From assembly GCA_051859245.1 (NCBI GenBank), contig JBHYGA010000001.1, positions 1,085,622 to 1,149,621 of the forward strand: 64,000 bases of DNA, read 5' to 3'. Numbering within the stretch: position 1 is the first letter of the stretch; the number at the start of each line of letters is the position of its first letter. The notes under the pieces were generated by a model, which saw only the letters and a list, made by a program, of their open reading frames with translations, searched no databases and was not told where the DNA came from. The DNA is from Gemmatimonadaceae bacterium. GTDB taxonomy: Bacteria; Gemmatimonadota; Gemmatimonadetes; Gemmatimonadales; Gemmatimonadaceae. Shown piece after piece: positions 42,947 through 52,828 of this stretch. A program made the translations under genes and the position numbers.

Positions 42947-43031
42947 CGACCCTCCCAATCAGCGAGTAAGGAGAGCGCAGACACGCTGCGTACACACGGT
43001 GATCACACGTGAGACATCACGTGATGTCTGA

Positions 43032-43586
43032 TCAACCGCCTCGTACGTAGTCACCGCTTATGCCACCGCGCTTTTCACGCAGTATCACATCGGTGATGAT
43101 CATGTCACGATCAACTGCTTTGGCCATGTCGTAAACGGTCAATAACGCCACGGTTACCGCAGTAAGCGCCTCCATTTCCACCCCAGTGCGGGCGGTGGTT
43201 CGTACCGTTGCCTCAACTTCTACCCCAGGCAGCGATGAAAGAACGCTAACCCGAACCTGGATGGCCGACAACGGGAGGGGGTGGCAGAGGGGGATCAGGT
43301 CGGCCGTCCGTTTGGCCGCCATAATGCCCGCCAGACGAGCCGTCGCAAGCACGTCGCCCTTCTTTAAGGCATTGTCCTGTATTAACTTACATGTCTGCGG
43401 CTGCATTCGGATCAACCCGCTCGCGACCGCCTCGCGCACCGTTTCCGGCTTCGGCGAGACGTCCACCATGTGCGCCTCGCCGGCCGAATTCACGTGACTT
43501 AGCGCCGTTCCGGGCGTCTTCAGGTCAGCCGAAGCGGGGCCCGACGTGGTGCCGGCTGGCGGCGTTTTTGGCCGTTTGCTTACCAT
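43032..43586 (-). CDS. moaC: Cyclic pyranopterin monophosphate synthase
   Basis: [29 protein letters not shown]. Confidence 0.96.
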   Translation of the reverse strand: MVSKRPKTPPAGTTSGPASADLKTPGTALSHVNSAGEAHMVDVSPKPETVREAVASGLIRMQPQTCKLIQDNALKKGDVLATARLAGIMAAKRTADLIPLCHPLPLSAIQVRVSVLSSLPGVEVEATVRTTARTGVEMEALTAVTVALLTVYDMAKAVDRDMIITDVILREKRGGISGDYVRGG

Positions 43587-44692
43587 CACGAACGGCTCGC
43601 AAGCAGTAACGACAGATCGTCGAGCAGTACGGTCGTCAGTAACATGGGCGTGACATTTTGTTGTGTGCGCGTCTTCATCTGTTCGAGCACACTGATCGCC
43701 GTAACAACACGACGCGCATGTCGTTCATTGCCCGCGTCAACGCTCTCGCGTGCGCGTGCGTGCAAGAGCACGGTCAGTGCATCGAGCGTGTCGGAGAAAG
43801 CGCCGCGCGATTTTGAGATGCCTTGTCTGGCCGCGGCTGCAATGCGTTGCGCCTCACCGTCGGGTGTGGCCGGTGCGAGCGCGGCATCAAGGAGCGATCG
43901 TGCAGACGCATACGCATCCCGACTCGCGTCACCCTCGAGCAGCCGACCGGGTGCACCGGCGGCCCTCGCAATCGGCGCATTGTCCCCACGCGCGGCGTCG
44001 CCGAGTTTGGCCAGCACCCCCTCATCGTTCAAGAACTCCGCAACTTCAGATGCGGTGAGCGGTGCCACGCGAATGGTGACCACACGCGAACGAATCGTGG
44101 GGAGCAACGCGCCCGGTTCACTGGACGTCAGAATGAGCGTGGTGCCGGGCGGCGGCTCCTCGAGCAATTTCAGGAACGCATTGGCTGCGGCGTCCGAGCC
44201 TTCCTGTGGCACCATGCGTTCCGCGTCGCCCACGACAATCACGGTGCGGCGCGCCATCGCTGGTCTGAGCGACGCCGACTGGGCAATCGCGCGAGACGTT
44301 GCCACGTGCAGACCTTCCATGCCGGTGGATCCAGCCCACAGTCCGTCGGCCGCCAATCGCTCCTCGATTGCTTCGGCGAGGTCAGCGCGCACGTCCTCCG
44401 CCGAGACGTCGCCGTCTTTCGGTTTGAGGCGCGGAAAGAACCAGTGCAGGTCGGGATGCTGGAGACGCACGGTGTACCGGCAGTGCTGGCACGTGCCGCA
44501 TGGCTCCGTTGAAAAGCGTGCGTCTGCCCCATCGCAGAGCAGGCGCTGACCCAGCCACAGCGCGAGTCGCTGTTTGCCAACGCCTCGCGGGCCGGTGAGC
44601 AGTAAACTGGCGGGCAGTCGCTCGCCGAGCGCGGCGGCAGCCAAGCGATCACGAAGCGTGCGGTGGCCGTAAACGGGACGCAAAGACATCAT
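43586..44692 (-). CDS. holB: DNA polymerase III delta' subunit
   Basis: [37 protein letters not shown]. Confidence 0.9.
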   Translation of the reverse strand: MMSLRPVYGHRTLRDRLAAAALGERLPASLLLTGPRGVGKQRLALWLGQRLLCDGADARFSTEPCGTCQHCRYTVRLQHPDLHWFFPRLKPKDGDVSAEDVRADLAEAIEERLAADGLWAGSTGMEGLHVATSRAIAQSASLRPAMARRTVIVVGDAERMVPQEGSDAAANAFLKLLEEPPPGTTLILTSSEPGALLPTIRSRVVTIRVAPLTASEVAEFLNDEGVLAKLGDAARGDNAPIARAAGAPGRLLEGDASRDAYASARSLLDAALAPATPDGEAQRIAAAARQGISKSRGAFSDTLDALTVLLHARARESVDAGNERHARRVVTAISVLEQMKTRTQQNVTPMLLTTVLLDDLSLLLASRS

Positions 44693-44698
44693 TCGAAT

Positions 44699-45931
44699 AT
44701 GACCCACACTCTGCAGTCTGGCGAGTCACACGTGACTCCTCGTGCGCCACGCGCGGTGGCAATCGCCAAGCGCGCGTTCCTTCTCGTCCTGCTCTTTGCG
44801 GGAAGCGGCAGTCTGGCCGCGCAAAGCACGGAACGGCAGCGTGCTCGCGCACTCGGTGTTGCACCGGGCGTGTTCACACCGGGCACGCACAACGCGATCA
44901 CCGATGTGCCGGGCGTAAAGGTGGGACACGCCACGATGCGGGTGGGAGATTCGTTGCGCACCGGCGTTACGGCGATTTTGCCGCACGGTGGCGATTTGTA
45001 TCGCTCGCGCGTTCCGGCCGCGATTCACGTGGGTAACGGGTTTGGCAAACTGCTTGGCGTGACGCAGGTGCAGGAGCTCGGCGAGTTGGAAACATCGATC
45101 GCGCTCACGTGCACGCTCTGCATTTGGGCGGTGGGCGACGCACTGGCGCAATCGGTACTGACTGCGCCGGAGAACAGCGGCGTGCGATCCATCAATCCTG
45201 TGGTCGGCGAGACGAATGACGGCGGCCTGAATGCGACGCGTGTTCGGCCCGGGATCGGTGAGGCGCTTCGCAGCGCGCTCGCCACCGCAGACAGCGGGCG
45301 TGTGGCCGAAGGCAGTGTGGGCGCCGGCACAGGCACCGTGATGTTTGGCTGGAAGGGCGGTATTGGCACAAGTTCGCGTGTGCTACCGTCGGCGGCCGGC
45401 GGACATCACGTGGGCGTGCTGGTGCAGGGCAACTTTGGCGGGATTTTGCAGGTGATGGGCGCGCCGGTTGGGCAGGAGCTGGGGCAGTACGCGTTTCAGC
45501 GCATGGTGCGACCCAACGGCGCGGGACCGGGAGACGCCAACGCCGAGCTGGGCGACGGCTCCATCATGATCGTGGTCGCAACCGACGCGCCGCTGCTTGA
45601 CCGTAATCTCTCACGCGTGGCCGCACGCGCGATCATGGGGCTCGCACGTACCGGATCCAGCGCGTCCAACGGTTCCGGCGATTACGTGATCGCGTTTTCG
45701 ACCGCAGAGACTGTGCGACGCGCACCTGGATCCGCGCCGGTGACCAGCACGGAGTTGTCGAACGACGATATGTCGGCCGTGTTTCAAGCGGTCGTTGAGG
45801 CAACCGAAGAAGCGATCTACAACGCGTTGTTCATGGCCACCACCGAACGCTCGCGCGGCGGAACTGTGGAGGCGATTGACCTCGCGCGTGTGCGCGAGGT
45901 GTTGCTTCGCTACGGCATCCGGCCGCGTTAG
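44699..45931 (+). CDS. DmpA-family aminopeptidase (P1/S58); start uncertain
   Basis: NAITDVPGV.VGH, GNGFGK, EGSVGAGTG, GDGSI, GSGD. Confidence 0.9.
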   Translation: MTHTLQSGESHVTPRAPRAVAIAKRAFLLVLLFAGSGSLAAQSTERQRARALGVAPGVFTPGTHNAITDVPGVKVGHATMRVGDSLRTGVTAILPHGGDLYRSRVPAAIHVGNGFGKLLGVTQVQELGELETSIALTCTLCIWAVGDALAQSVLTAPENSGVRSINPVVGETNDGGLNATRVRPGIGEALRSALATADSGRVAEGSVGAGTGTVMFGWKGGIGTSSRVLPSAAGGHHVGVLVQGNFGGILQVMGAPVGQELGQYAFQRMVRPNGAGPGDANAELGDGSIMIVVATDAPLLDRNLSRVAARAIMGLARTGSSASNGSGDYVIAFSTAETVRRAPGSAPVTSTELSNDDMSAVFQAVVEATEEAIYNALFMATTERSRGGTVEAIDLARVREVLLRYGIRPR

Positions 45932-45946
45932 CTCGGTCGCGCGCTC

Positions 45947-48031
45947 TTAGCGCTCGATCGCGTCGCGAGCTGGTGACAGCAGGTCTCCCAACAACGCGAG
46001 CGCCGTGGCGTGTCCGCCTGCTCCCAACCCATTCAACACGAGTGTCTCCTCAGCGCGCGTGCGAATGACAATCCGATTCTGCGCGCCCTCGACCTGGGCC
46101 CACGCACTACTGCGTTCCACACGTTGCGGCCGAATCGTCGCGTGAATGGTGTCGCCGTCGCGCTGCAACTCGGCGATCAAGCGGACCGTTTCACCGCGCC
46201 GCGCGAGCCAGCCCGCCCAACGCAGGGTGGCGGCATCAAGTCCGCGTCGCTGCACTTGTAGTGCCGTTGGTGCAACACCAAACGCCAGCCAGGCGAGCAC
46301 GCGCAGTTTGTCTTCCGCATCGCGCCCGTCAAGATCACGTGCTGGATCGGCTTCGGCAAAACCATTCGCCTGTGCGTTGGCGAGTGCGGTTGCAAACGAC
46401 ACGCCCTTGGCGATGTCATCGAGAATGACATTCGTGGTGCCGTTGAGCACGGCTTCGATAGCGCAGATATCGCGGCTCGCCCAGACGCTGCGAACCGACC
46501 GCACCACAGGAATCGATGCACCAACCGCGCCTTCAAAGTCGAGCGTGGTGTGGTGGATGCGTGCCAACGCGAGCAACTCCGGACCGTGGGCGGCAATCAA
46601 CGCTTTGTTCGCCGTGACGACGCGAATGCCGCGCTTCAGCGCTGTCTCAACAAGCGTTCGCGCGGGCTCTACGCCGCCGAGCGCTTCAATCAGCACCTCG
46701 GGATTGTTGTTCAGCAGTGACGTGCTATCGCGCGTGAGCGCATTCGGCTGCACAATGCCGAGCGTGGTTGCCTGGGCGAGCCCGCGGCGTTCGCGTTCTA
46801 GATCGCGTACGAGCACCGCGGTCACATGCACCGGTCGCCATCCTGCCGCCGCACGATTGGCGAACAATGCCACGAGCGCATCACCAACGGTGCCGCAGCC
46901 AGCGAGTGCGACGCGGAGTGGCGCTGCGGACACCTGCGCCGCTTCGCTACGAACGAGGGCCTCGCGAACGATGCCGGAGACCTGATCTGTTTCGAGGAGG
47001 AACGCATCGTGACCATGTGGCGACGTGACCTCTTCGTACCGCGCGCCAAGCTGCGACGTCCACTGCTTGACCACTTCAGCCGGATACAACAGGTCTCCGG
47101 GAATGCCAACACCGGTCACCTTGCTGGCGATGCTCTGCAGCGCCTGTTTCACACCACCGCGCGCGCGTCCGACATCGTGCCGATCCATAGCGTCGATGAG
47201 CGTGACATAACTGCGTGCGTCAAAGCGCTCCACAAGACGTTCGCCATGATGCGCGAGCCACTTGGCGATCGACGGCTTATCAGCGGCGATCGCCTGTTCG
47301 CCAAAACGCGCTTCGAATCCTTCTGCGGAGCGATAGCTGAGCATGCCAACCATGCGCGCGAGTGCGAGACCGTCTTTTGCACCACCGAGAGAAACCGCGG
47401 TGCGCATAAGCGCATGCCATCCGGCGCCAAGCGCTGTTTGCACGGCCGGCGCGGCAAGCACAACCACTTCGCGTACACGTTCCGGGCGAAGTGCCGCGAC
47501 TTCCAGTGCCACCATGCCGCCGAGCGACCCACCAACAATCAGCGCCGGTGATGCCACGCCAAACGCGTCGAGCAGGTGCCACAGCTGCTGTGCCTGATCA
47601 CGCGTGGAGATGGCGGGAAATTGATCGCACGACTCACTGCGCGGACCGGCGCTGCCGTTGCAGCCGCCGAGCACGTTGACGCAGAGCACGGCGTAGTGTG
47701 TGGTATCGATGGCGAGTCCAGGTCCCACGATGTTCGACCACCACTCGTGCACGTTCGACGTGCCGGTGAGCGCGTGGGTGACGAGCACGACGTTATCGGC
47801 CGACGGATTGGGTGTGCCGACGAGTGTCCACTGTTGCGGCACGTCATACAACACGACGCCGCTTTCCAGCGTGAGTTTGGGTGTGTTCCAGCGGCCGTTC
47901 GTCACCGGCGCGGTGTCGCTGCGCGTGGTGGTGGGGCGCGGCGCGCGTCGTGCGCGGTTGCGTCGCAGCGTATTGCTGACGCGAACGTGCGCCGTGGCGT
48001 TGTGAACGGTGGCGGAAGCGAAGCGGGACAT
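45947..48031 (-). CDS. metX: Homoserine O-acyltransferase (MetX) fused to homoserine dehydrogenase
   Basis: HALTG, GGSLGG, HGHDAFL; then GCGTVG, VTANK, EGAVGASIP, LNGTTN, GFAEADP, GAG. Confidence 0.9.
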   Translation of the reverse strand: MSRFASATVHNATAHVRVSNTLRRNRARRAPRPTTTRSDTAPVTNGRWNTPKLTLESGVVLYDVPQQWTLVGTPNPSADNVVLVTHALTGTSNVHEWWSNIVGPGLAIDTTHYAVLCVNVLGGCNGSAGPRSESCDQFPAISTRDQAQQLWHLLDAFGVASPALIVGGSLGGMVALEVAALRPERVREVVVLAAPAVQTALGAGWHALMRTAVSLGGAKDGLALARMVGMLSYRSAEGFEARFGEQAIAADKPSIAKWLAHHGERLVERFDARSYVTLIDAMDRHDVGRARGGVKQALQSIASKVTGVGIPGDLLYPAEVVKQWTSQLGARYEEVTSPHGHDAFLLETDQVSGIVREALVRSEAAQVSAAPLRVALAGCGTVGDALVALFANRAAAGWRPVHVTAVLVRDLERERRGLAQATTLGIVQPNALTRDSTSLLNNNPEVLIEALGGVEPARTLVETALKRGIRVVTANKALIAAHGPELLALARIHHTTLDFEGAVGASIPVVRSVRSVWASRDICAIEAVLNGTTNVILDDIAKGVSFATALANAQANGFAEADPARDLDGRDAEDKLRVLAWLAFGVAPTALQVQRRGLDAATLRWAGWLARRGETVRLIAELQRDGDTIHATIRPQRVERSSAWAQVEGAQNRIVIRTRAEETLVLNGLGAGGHATALALLGDLLSPARDAIER

Positions 48032-48164
48032 ACAGGCACTCTCCGTGGCGAACGCTCGGCGAGTGCACCGACCGAGGGATTCGGTCGTGGGGCACTCACC
48101 ATCGCAGATGAGTGCCGCCCAACAGCATGCGCCCGGAAAGCAAAGGCCGCCGGGCGCATGCGCG

Positions 48165-48214
48165 TTTTAGCTCCTTGTTTTGCGTGGCGGCAATAGGCGG
48201 CAAATCACCACGGC
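48165..48214 (-). ncRNA. SAM-II (SAM_alpha-type) riboswitch
   Basis: Minus strand GCCGUGGUGAUUUGCCGCCUAUUGCCGCCACGCAAAACAAGGAGCUAAAA: CGUGG/CCACG P1, UGAUUU..UUGC loop, GCUAAA tail; upstream of metX. Confidence 0.85.
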
Positions 48215-48266
48215 TGTGAGTGAACTCACAGCGTTTCCCATCAGTTGTCTGTTCTACTGCATCAAC

Positions 48267-48304
48267 AAAAAAATGACCCGCTCCGATATTTCGGTCGCGG
48301 GTCA
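48267..48304 (-). terminator. Intrinsic terminator upstream of the SAM-II aptamer
   Basis: UGACCCGC..CCGA AAUA UCGG..GCGGGUCA followed by U7. Confidence 0.85.
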
Positions 48305-48436
48305 CATGGACCACGACTTAGACGGTTAGCAGTGTTCCGGAGAGCACTGGTGAGCGACCCGTCAAATCGGGAAAATCATCGCTCACAGTTGTATGTATCG
48401 GCCCGACCGGCGGAAAAGTCAAGGGCCGTCGAGCCG

Positions 48437-48817
48437 TTAGACGAGCGGCTTGTAGAGCGCCATGTACACTGCGACGCCGGCCAAGAGCGGCAGCAGAATG
48501 AAAAATGGGCGAGCCAGTGCCGGCTTGCGGTATGGGATCAGCACCACGGCACTGAGCACCAGCCAGATCGCAATCTTGATCCAGAGCCAGGTGGGGAAAC
48601 CGGCGCCGTGCTGCATGCCAATACGTGCCAGCATGCCGAAGCCACCGACCAGGACGAGCAGTGCGCCAATGCCGTGGCCGATCGATACGAGTTTGCGCGT
48701 TCCGCTTTCGCTTTTCTTGCCACCGTTGGCTGCGTGCACGGCAACGCCGCCAATCGCGACGAACATGAGCGCGATGCCAATGATGTGCAGGATTTCGTAG
48801 AATTCTCGTGAGAACAT
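48437..48817 (-). CDS. Small 4-TM membrane protein
   Basis: 126 aa; H...HG...W...K pattern reminiscent of SirB2/CopD-like 4-helix proteins. Confidence 0.75.
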   Translation of the reverse strand: MFSREFYEILHIIGIALMFVAIGGVAVHAANGGKKSESGTRKLVSIGHGIGALLVLVGGFGMLARIGMQHGAGFPTWLWIKIAIWLVLSAVVLIPYRKPALARPFFILLPLLAGVAVYMALYKPLV

Positions 48818-48857
48818 GTGTCAGTGTTTGAAGAATCGAAAAAAAGGAGTGCTGCAA

Positions 48858-50150
48858 CTAACCTACGTCTTCGCGATCAGTATCTGTGTCTTCCGGTCCG
48901 CGCCACGGCGCCGCGTTGCCACGATCAACCGCGGCAAGTTCAACAGAGAGCGCGCCGTCGGCGGATCGAAGCTGCGGTGGCGGTCCGCTGAGACCGGCCG
49001 CAAGGGCGCTTGCCGGTGACAGGCGTCGGTAACAGGCGAGCACCCGACTCAGTGCTTCCTGTGATGATTCGCCCACGGCCGACAGATGTCCCATTTTACG
49101 CCCCGGTCGCGCACCCGCTTTGCCGTACAAGTGCAGTCGGCTCGCGGGAACGCCCAGCGCAAACTCAATGTCGGGCGGCGTGTCGTGCAGCCACACATCG
49201 CCCAGCAAGTTTACAATCGCGCCCGGTGCGATCACGCGCGGGTCGCCGAGCGGCAAGTTACACACCGCGCGCACCAACTGTTCAAACTGACTCGTGGCGC
49301 TGGCTCGCTCGGTGTGGTGATAGGTGTTGTGCGGACGCGGTGCGAGTTCATTCACCAGCAGTCGGCCATCGGTGGTGAGAAAGAGTTCTACCGCCAGCAG
49401 GCCAACAATGCCGAGTGTCTTCGCAATTGCCGGTGCCAGTTCTTCGGCCGCACGCAGCACACTGGCCGGCAACTCAGCCGGCGTGACGCTCCACGTGAGA
49501 ATGCCATCACTGTGGTGATTGCGTGAGGCTGGATACACCACGTGTTCACCGTTTGGTCGACGCGCAACCAGCACCGACAACTCAACGGCAATGTCGATGC
49601 GCTGTTCAACCAGACAGGGCTGCTGACCGAGTGACTTCCATGCATCGACGGCGGCCGACGCATCGGAAAGACGGGCCTGACCGCGTCCGTCATATCCACC
49701 ATGACACGCTTTGGCGATTGACGGTCCAAACTCCGCGACAATCGCGGCGAGTGCATCGGCTGATTCTGCTTCGCGAAACGCACCCACGGGAAAGCCATGT
49801 TCTGACAACCAGCGCTTCTGTCGCAACCGATCCTGAATGATGTACACCGCGTCGGCGCCCGGATGTACCGGCGCAAACTCGGCGGCCGCATCAAGCGACG
49901 CACGAGAGATCTGTTCAATCTCGAGCGTAATCACATCGCACGCGCGGGCGAGACGCGCTGCGGCGTCCGGATCGTTGAACGGCGCCGTGAGTGTCTGCGT
50001 GGCAACAGCGCGCGCCGCGCACATGGGATCTGGGTCGAGTACGTGCACATCATAACCCATGCTGCGTGCTGCCATCGCGGTCATGCGACCGAGTTGGCCA
50101 CCACCAAGAATGCCGATCGTGGCGCCGGGAAGAATGGCTGACGTACTCAT
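48858..50150 (-). CDS. purK: N5-CAIR synthetase
   Basis: [31 protein letters not shown]...GRKMGH. Confidence 0.95.
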   Translation of the reverse strand: MSTSAILPGATIGILGGGQLGRMTAMAARSMGYDVHVLDPDPMCAARAVATQTLTAPFNDPDAAARLARACDVITLEIEQISRASLDAAAEFAPVHPGADAVYIIQDRLRQKRWLSEHGFPVGAFREAESADALAAIVAEFGPSIAKACHGGYDGRGQARLSDASAAVDAWKSLGQQPCLVEQRIDIAVELSVLVARRPNGEHVVYPASRNHHSDGILTWSVTPAELPASVLRAAEELAPAIAKTLGIVGLLAVELFLTTDGRLLVNELAPRPHNTYHHTERASATSQFEQLVRAVCNLPLGDPRVIAPGAIVNLLGDVWLHDTPPDIEFALGVPASRLHLYGKAGARPGRKMGHLSAVGESSQEALSRVLACYRRLSPASALAAGLSGPPPQLRSADGALSVELAAVDRGNAAPWRGPEDTDTDREDVG

Positions 50151-50689
50151 CGTGAAACAATCGCTCCGGGCGCGGGCAGTGGTCGTGCGAGTGCCTCAGC
50201 GGCTTTGGTTGCGCGACGTTGCTCCAATTTTTGTACCAATGCGGGATCGTGATTGGCGAGCACCGCCGCCGCGAGCAGTGCAGCATTCGCCGCACCAGGC
50301 TTGCCGATGGCGAGTGTGCCCACTGGAATACCGGCCGGCATCTGCACAATCGCGAGCAGTGCGTCCATTCCTTGCAGTGCCGTAGCCGGCACCGGAACGC
50401 CGAACACCGGGACCGTGGTTTTTGACGCCAGCATGCCAGGCAGATGCGCCGCGCCGCCTGCACCGGCAATGATCACCTGCAGTCCGCGCGCGCGCGCACC
50501 AGCGGCATACTCAAAGAGCCAATCGGGGGTGCGATGCGCGGACACCACCATGGCTTCGTATGGAATTTCGAGTTCGTGCAGCACTTCGCAGGCCGGCGCC
50601 ATGACCTCGTAGTCACTGGCGCTGCCCATAACCACGCCGACCAATGGCGTGGTATTTGAGTCTGGCGATTGTGGCGGTACAGCGGGCAC
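50147..50689 (-). CDS. purE: N5-CAIR mutase; start approximate
   Basis: [32 protein letters not shown]. Confidence 0.96.
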   Translation of the reverse strand: MPAVPPQSPDSNTTPLVGVVMGSASDYEVMAPACEVLHELEIPYEAMVVSAHRTPDWLFEYAAGARARGLQVIIAGAGGAAHLPGMLASKTTVPVFGVPVPATALQGMDALLAIVQMPAGIPVGTLAIGKPGAANAALLAAAVLANHDPALVQKLEQRRATKAAEALARPLPAPGAIVSR

Positions 50690-50808
50690 GGACACTCCAC
50701 ACGACGTGAGGTGGGGCAGGGTTGCAGCGCTCCCGGAACATAGCTGTGACCACACTGGTCCTCCACTGTGTCTGGCGCCGACGTGCGCGCCTCCGCCAGT
50801 TTTGACAG

Positions 50809-51726
50809 ATGACGACGCCCACACGCTCTCTCCGCCTGATTGGTGTTCCGCTCGACCTCGGTGCCTCGCGGCGCGGTGTCGATATGGGACCCTCGGCCCT
50901 GCGCATTGCGAACCTGACGCAGAATCTCGAACGACTTGGCTTCGAAGTCGACGACACCGGCAATCTGCCCGTTCCGCAGCGCGAATCCGTACGACGGCCC
51001 GGTGGGGACACGGAACTGCGTGCGATTACCGACGTCTGTCGTGAGCTTGCCAAGCACACCGCGACGGCAATTCGTGAAGGCGTCTTCCCCCTGGTGATCG
51101 GAGGCGATCACAGCCTGAGCGCCGGATCGGTCGCGGGCGTGGCCACCGCGCTCGCCGAACGTGGTGAACAGTTGGGCGTGATCTGGCTTGACGCACATGG
51201 TGATATCAATACTCCCGAGACGAGCCTGTCAGGAAACGTGCACGGTATGCCAGTCGCGCACCTGCTCGGACTCGGCGACCCGGACATGTCGTCCATTTCA
51301 ACGCCCAAGCCGGCGCTGCGACCCGAACATCTGGTGTATGTGGGGCTGCGCGACGTTGATGCCGCGGAGAGCAGACTGATTCGCGAACTTGGCATTCACG
51401 CGTACACCATGCGTGATGTGGACGAGCGCGGCTTGACCACTGTGCTGCGTGAGGCGATCGCGCGTGTGGGTGCGGCAACAGGCGGGATCTATCTCTCGTG
51501 CGACGCGGATTGGATTGATCCCAGCGAGGCCCCTGGCGTGGGCACACCGGTTCCGGGCGGCGCTACGTATCGCGAAGCACATCTCGCCATGGAGTTGCTG
51601 GCTGATACCGGCCGACTGGTGGGTATGGACCTCGTGGAGATCAACCCCGTGCTCGACCGCGCGAATCGCACGGCCGAGTTGGCGGTTGAGTTAATTGCCA
51701 GTGCGCTGGGGAAACGCACACTGTAG
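50809..51726 (+). CDS. rocF: Arginase
   Basis: [35 protein letters not shown]. Confidence 0.92.
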   Translation: MTTPTRSLRLIGVPLDLGASRRGVDMGPSALRIANLTQNLERLGFEVDDTGNLPVPQRESVRRPGGDTELRAITDVCRELAKHTATAIREGVFPLVIGGDHSLSAGSVAGVATALAERGEQLGVIWLDAHGDINTPETSLSGNVHGMPVAHLLGLGDPDMSSISTPKPALRPEHLVYVGLRDVDAAESRLIRELGIHAYTMRDVDERGLTTVLREAIARVGAATGGIYLSCDADWIDPSEAPGVGTPVPGGATYREAHLAMELLADTGRLVGMDLVEINPVLDRANRTAELAVELIASALGKRTL

Positions 51727-51758
51727 CGCGAGCGGTGCTGCGCTACGAAACGTGCGTG

Positions 51759-52694
51759 CTACGCTGGTGGAGCGCCGAGCGGCTGATCGGAACCACTCCA
51801 CTCCTGAAACGAGCCGTCAAACAACATGACGTCGTACCCCAGTTGTTTGGCGGCAAACCAGAGCAAGCTGGCCTGCTGCCCGATGTGGCAATACGTGATC
51901 ACTTTTTCGCCGGGCTTCACACCGGCCGCTTCGAACAGCGCGCGCAGCTCAGCGTCACTCTTGATCACGCCGTTCTCGGCAACGGTGGACAGCGGAATGT
52001 TCACCGCGGTTGGAATGCGACCGGGTCGCGGATACCCACCGCCCTGGCCAGCGTAGAACTGCGGGAGACGGGCGTCGACAATCGCCACACCAGCATCGCG
52101 CGTTGCACTGGCGGCCTGGTTGATAGTGGCCACGATTGACGAATCGCGCACGAGTGTGAGCGCGGCGGTTGACGGTGCGAGTGCCGGCGCCGCGCCTGCT
52201 TCCATCGGTTTGCCCGCCGCTCGCCAGGCGATCAAGCCGCCGTTCAGCAACGACGTGCGGTGACCCAATCCCATGAAATTAAGCGTAAACAGCACACGTG
52301 TACTTGACTGCAACGTATCCGTGGCGGGTACGACAACAATGCGACTCTGATCCGTGATACCAACCGAGCGCGCCCACCGCTCGAGTGTTGGCGTGTCGGG
52401 TAGCTCAAGAATGAGCGCGCCGTTGGTACGCGGCGTGGACACGTCATTCAACGCAACGGGGCGCGCGCCTGGAATGTGCGCTGATTCAAACTGCGCCGCC
52501 GAACCAACCTGCAGCACCACAAGATTGTTCTGTGCGCGCAAGGCGTCGAGTGCATTCACGTCAATGAGCAGCGGTGCCTTGGTCACTGCCGCTTCGGCCT
52601 GGGCGACGGCTTCGGCCGGTCGCAACGCCAACAAGGCAAGCGTTCCGATCGTTGCGATGCAGCGCGTGCGCCAGCTCAGATTCACGTGAGACAT
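51759..52694 (-). CDS. Tandem-domain rhodanese sulfurtransferase with signal peptide
   Basis: HIPGA, LNGG..AW, YCHIGQQAS, FDGSFQEW. Confidence 0.88.
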   Translation of the reverse strand: MSHVNLSWRTRCIATIGTLALLALRPAEAVAQAEAAVTKAPLLIDVNALDALRAQNNLVVLQVGSAAQFESAHIPGARPVALNDVSTPRTNGALILELPDTPTLERWARSVGITDQSRIVVVPATDTLQSSTRVLFTLNFMGLGHRTSLLNGGLIAWRAAGKPMEAGAAPALAPSTAALTLVRDSSIVATINQAASATRDAGVAIVDARLPQFYAGQGGGYPRPGRIPTAVNIPLSTVAENGVIKSDAELRALFEAAGVKPGEKVITYCHIGQQASLLWFAAKQLGYDVMLFDGSFQEWSGSDQPLGAPPA

Positions 52695-52828
52695 GGTCAG
52701 TCCTTTCCACAAGCAGGTGTGATGCGAAACAGCACGCGGTGATCGCTGGATAATCGCGACCACCGCGTGCTGTGGAAACTACGTTGTTGCCGGTATCAGG
52801 GCGAGGTTGGCCCCGCTCGGCCAACGCA

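Noticed and set aside
48290..48390. T-box or SAM-I riboswitch
   Set aside because: No UGGNACC bulge or Stem I motifs; no SAM-I AUC..GAG/GCAACC core
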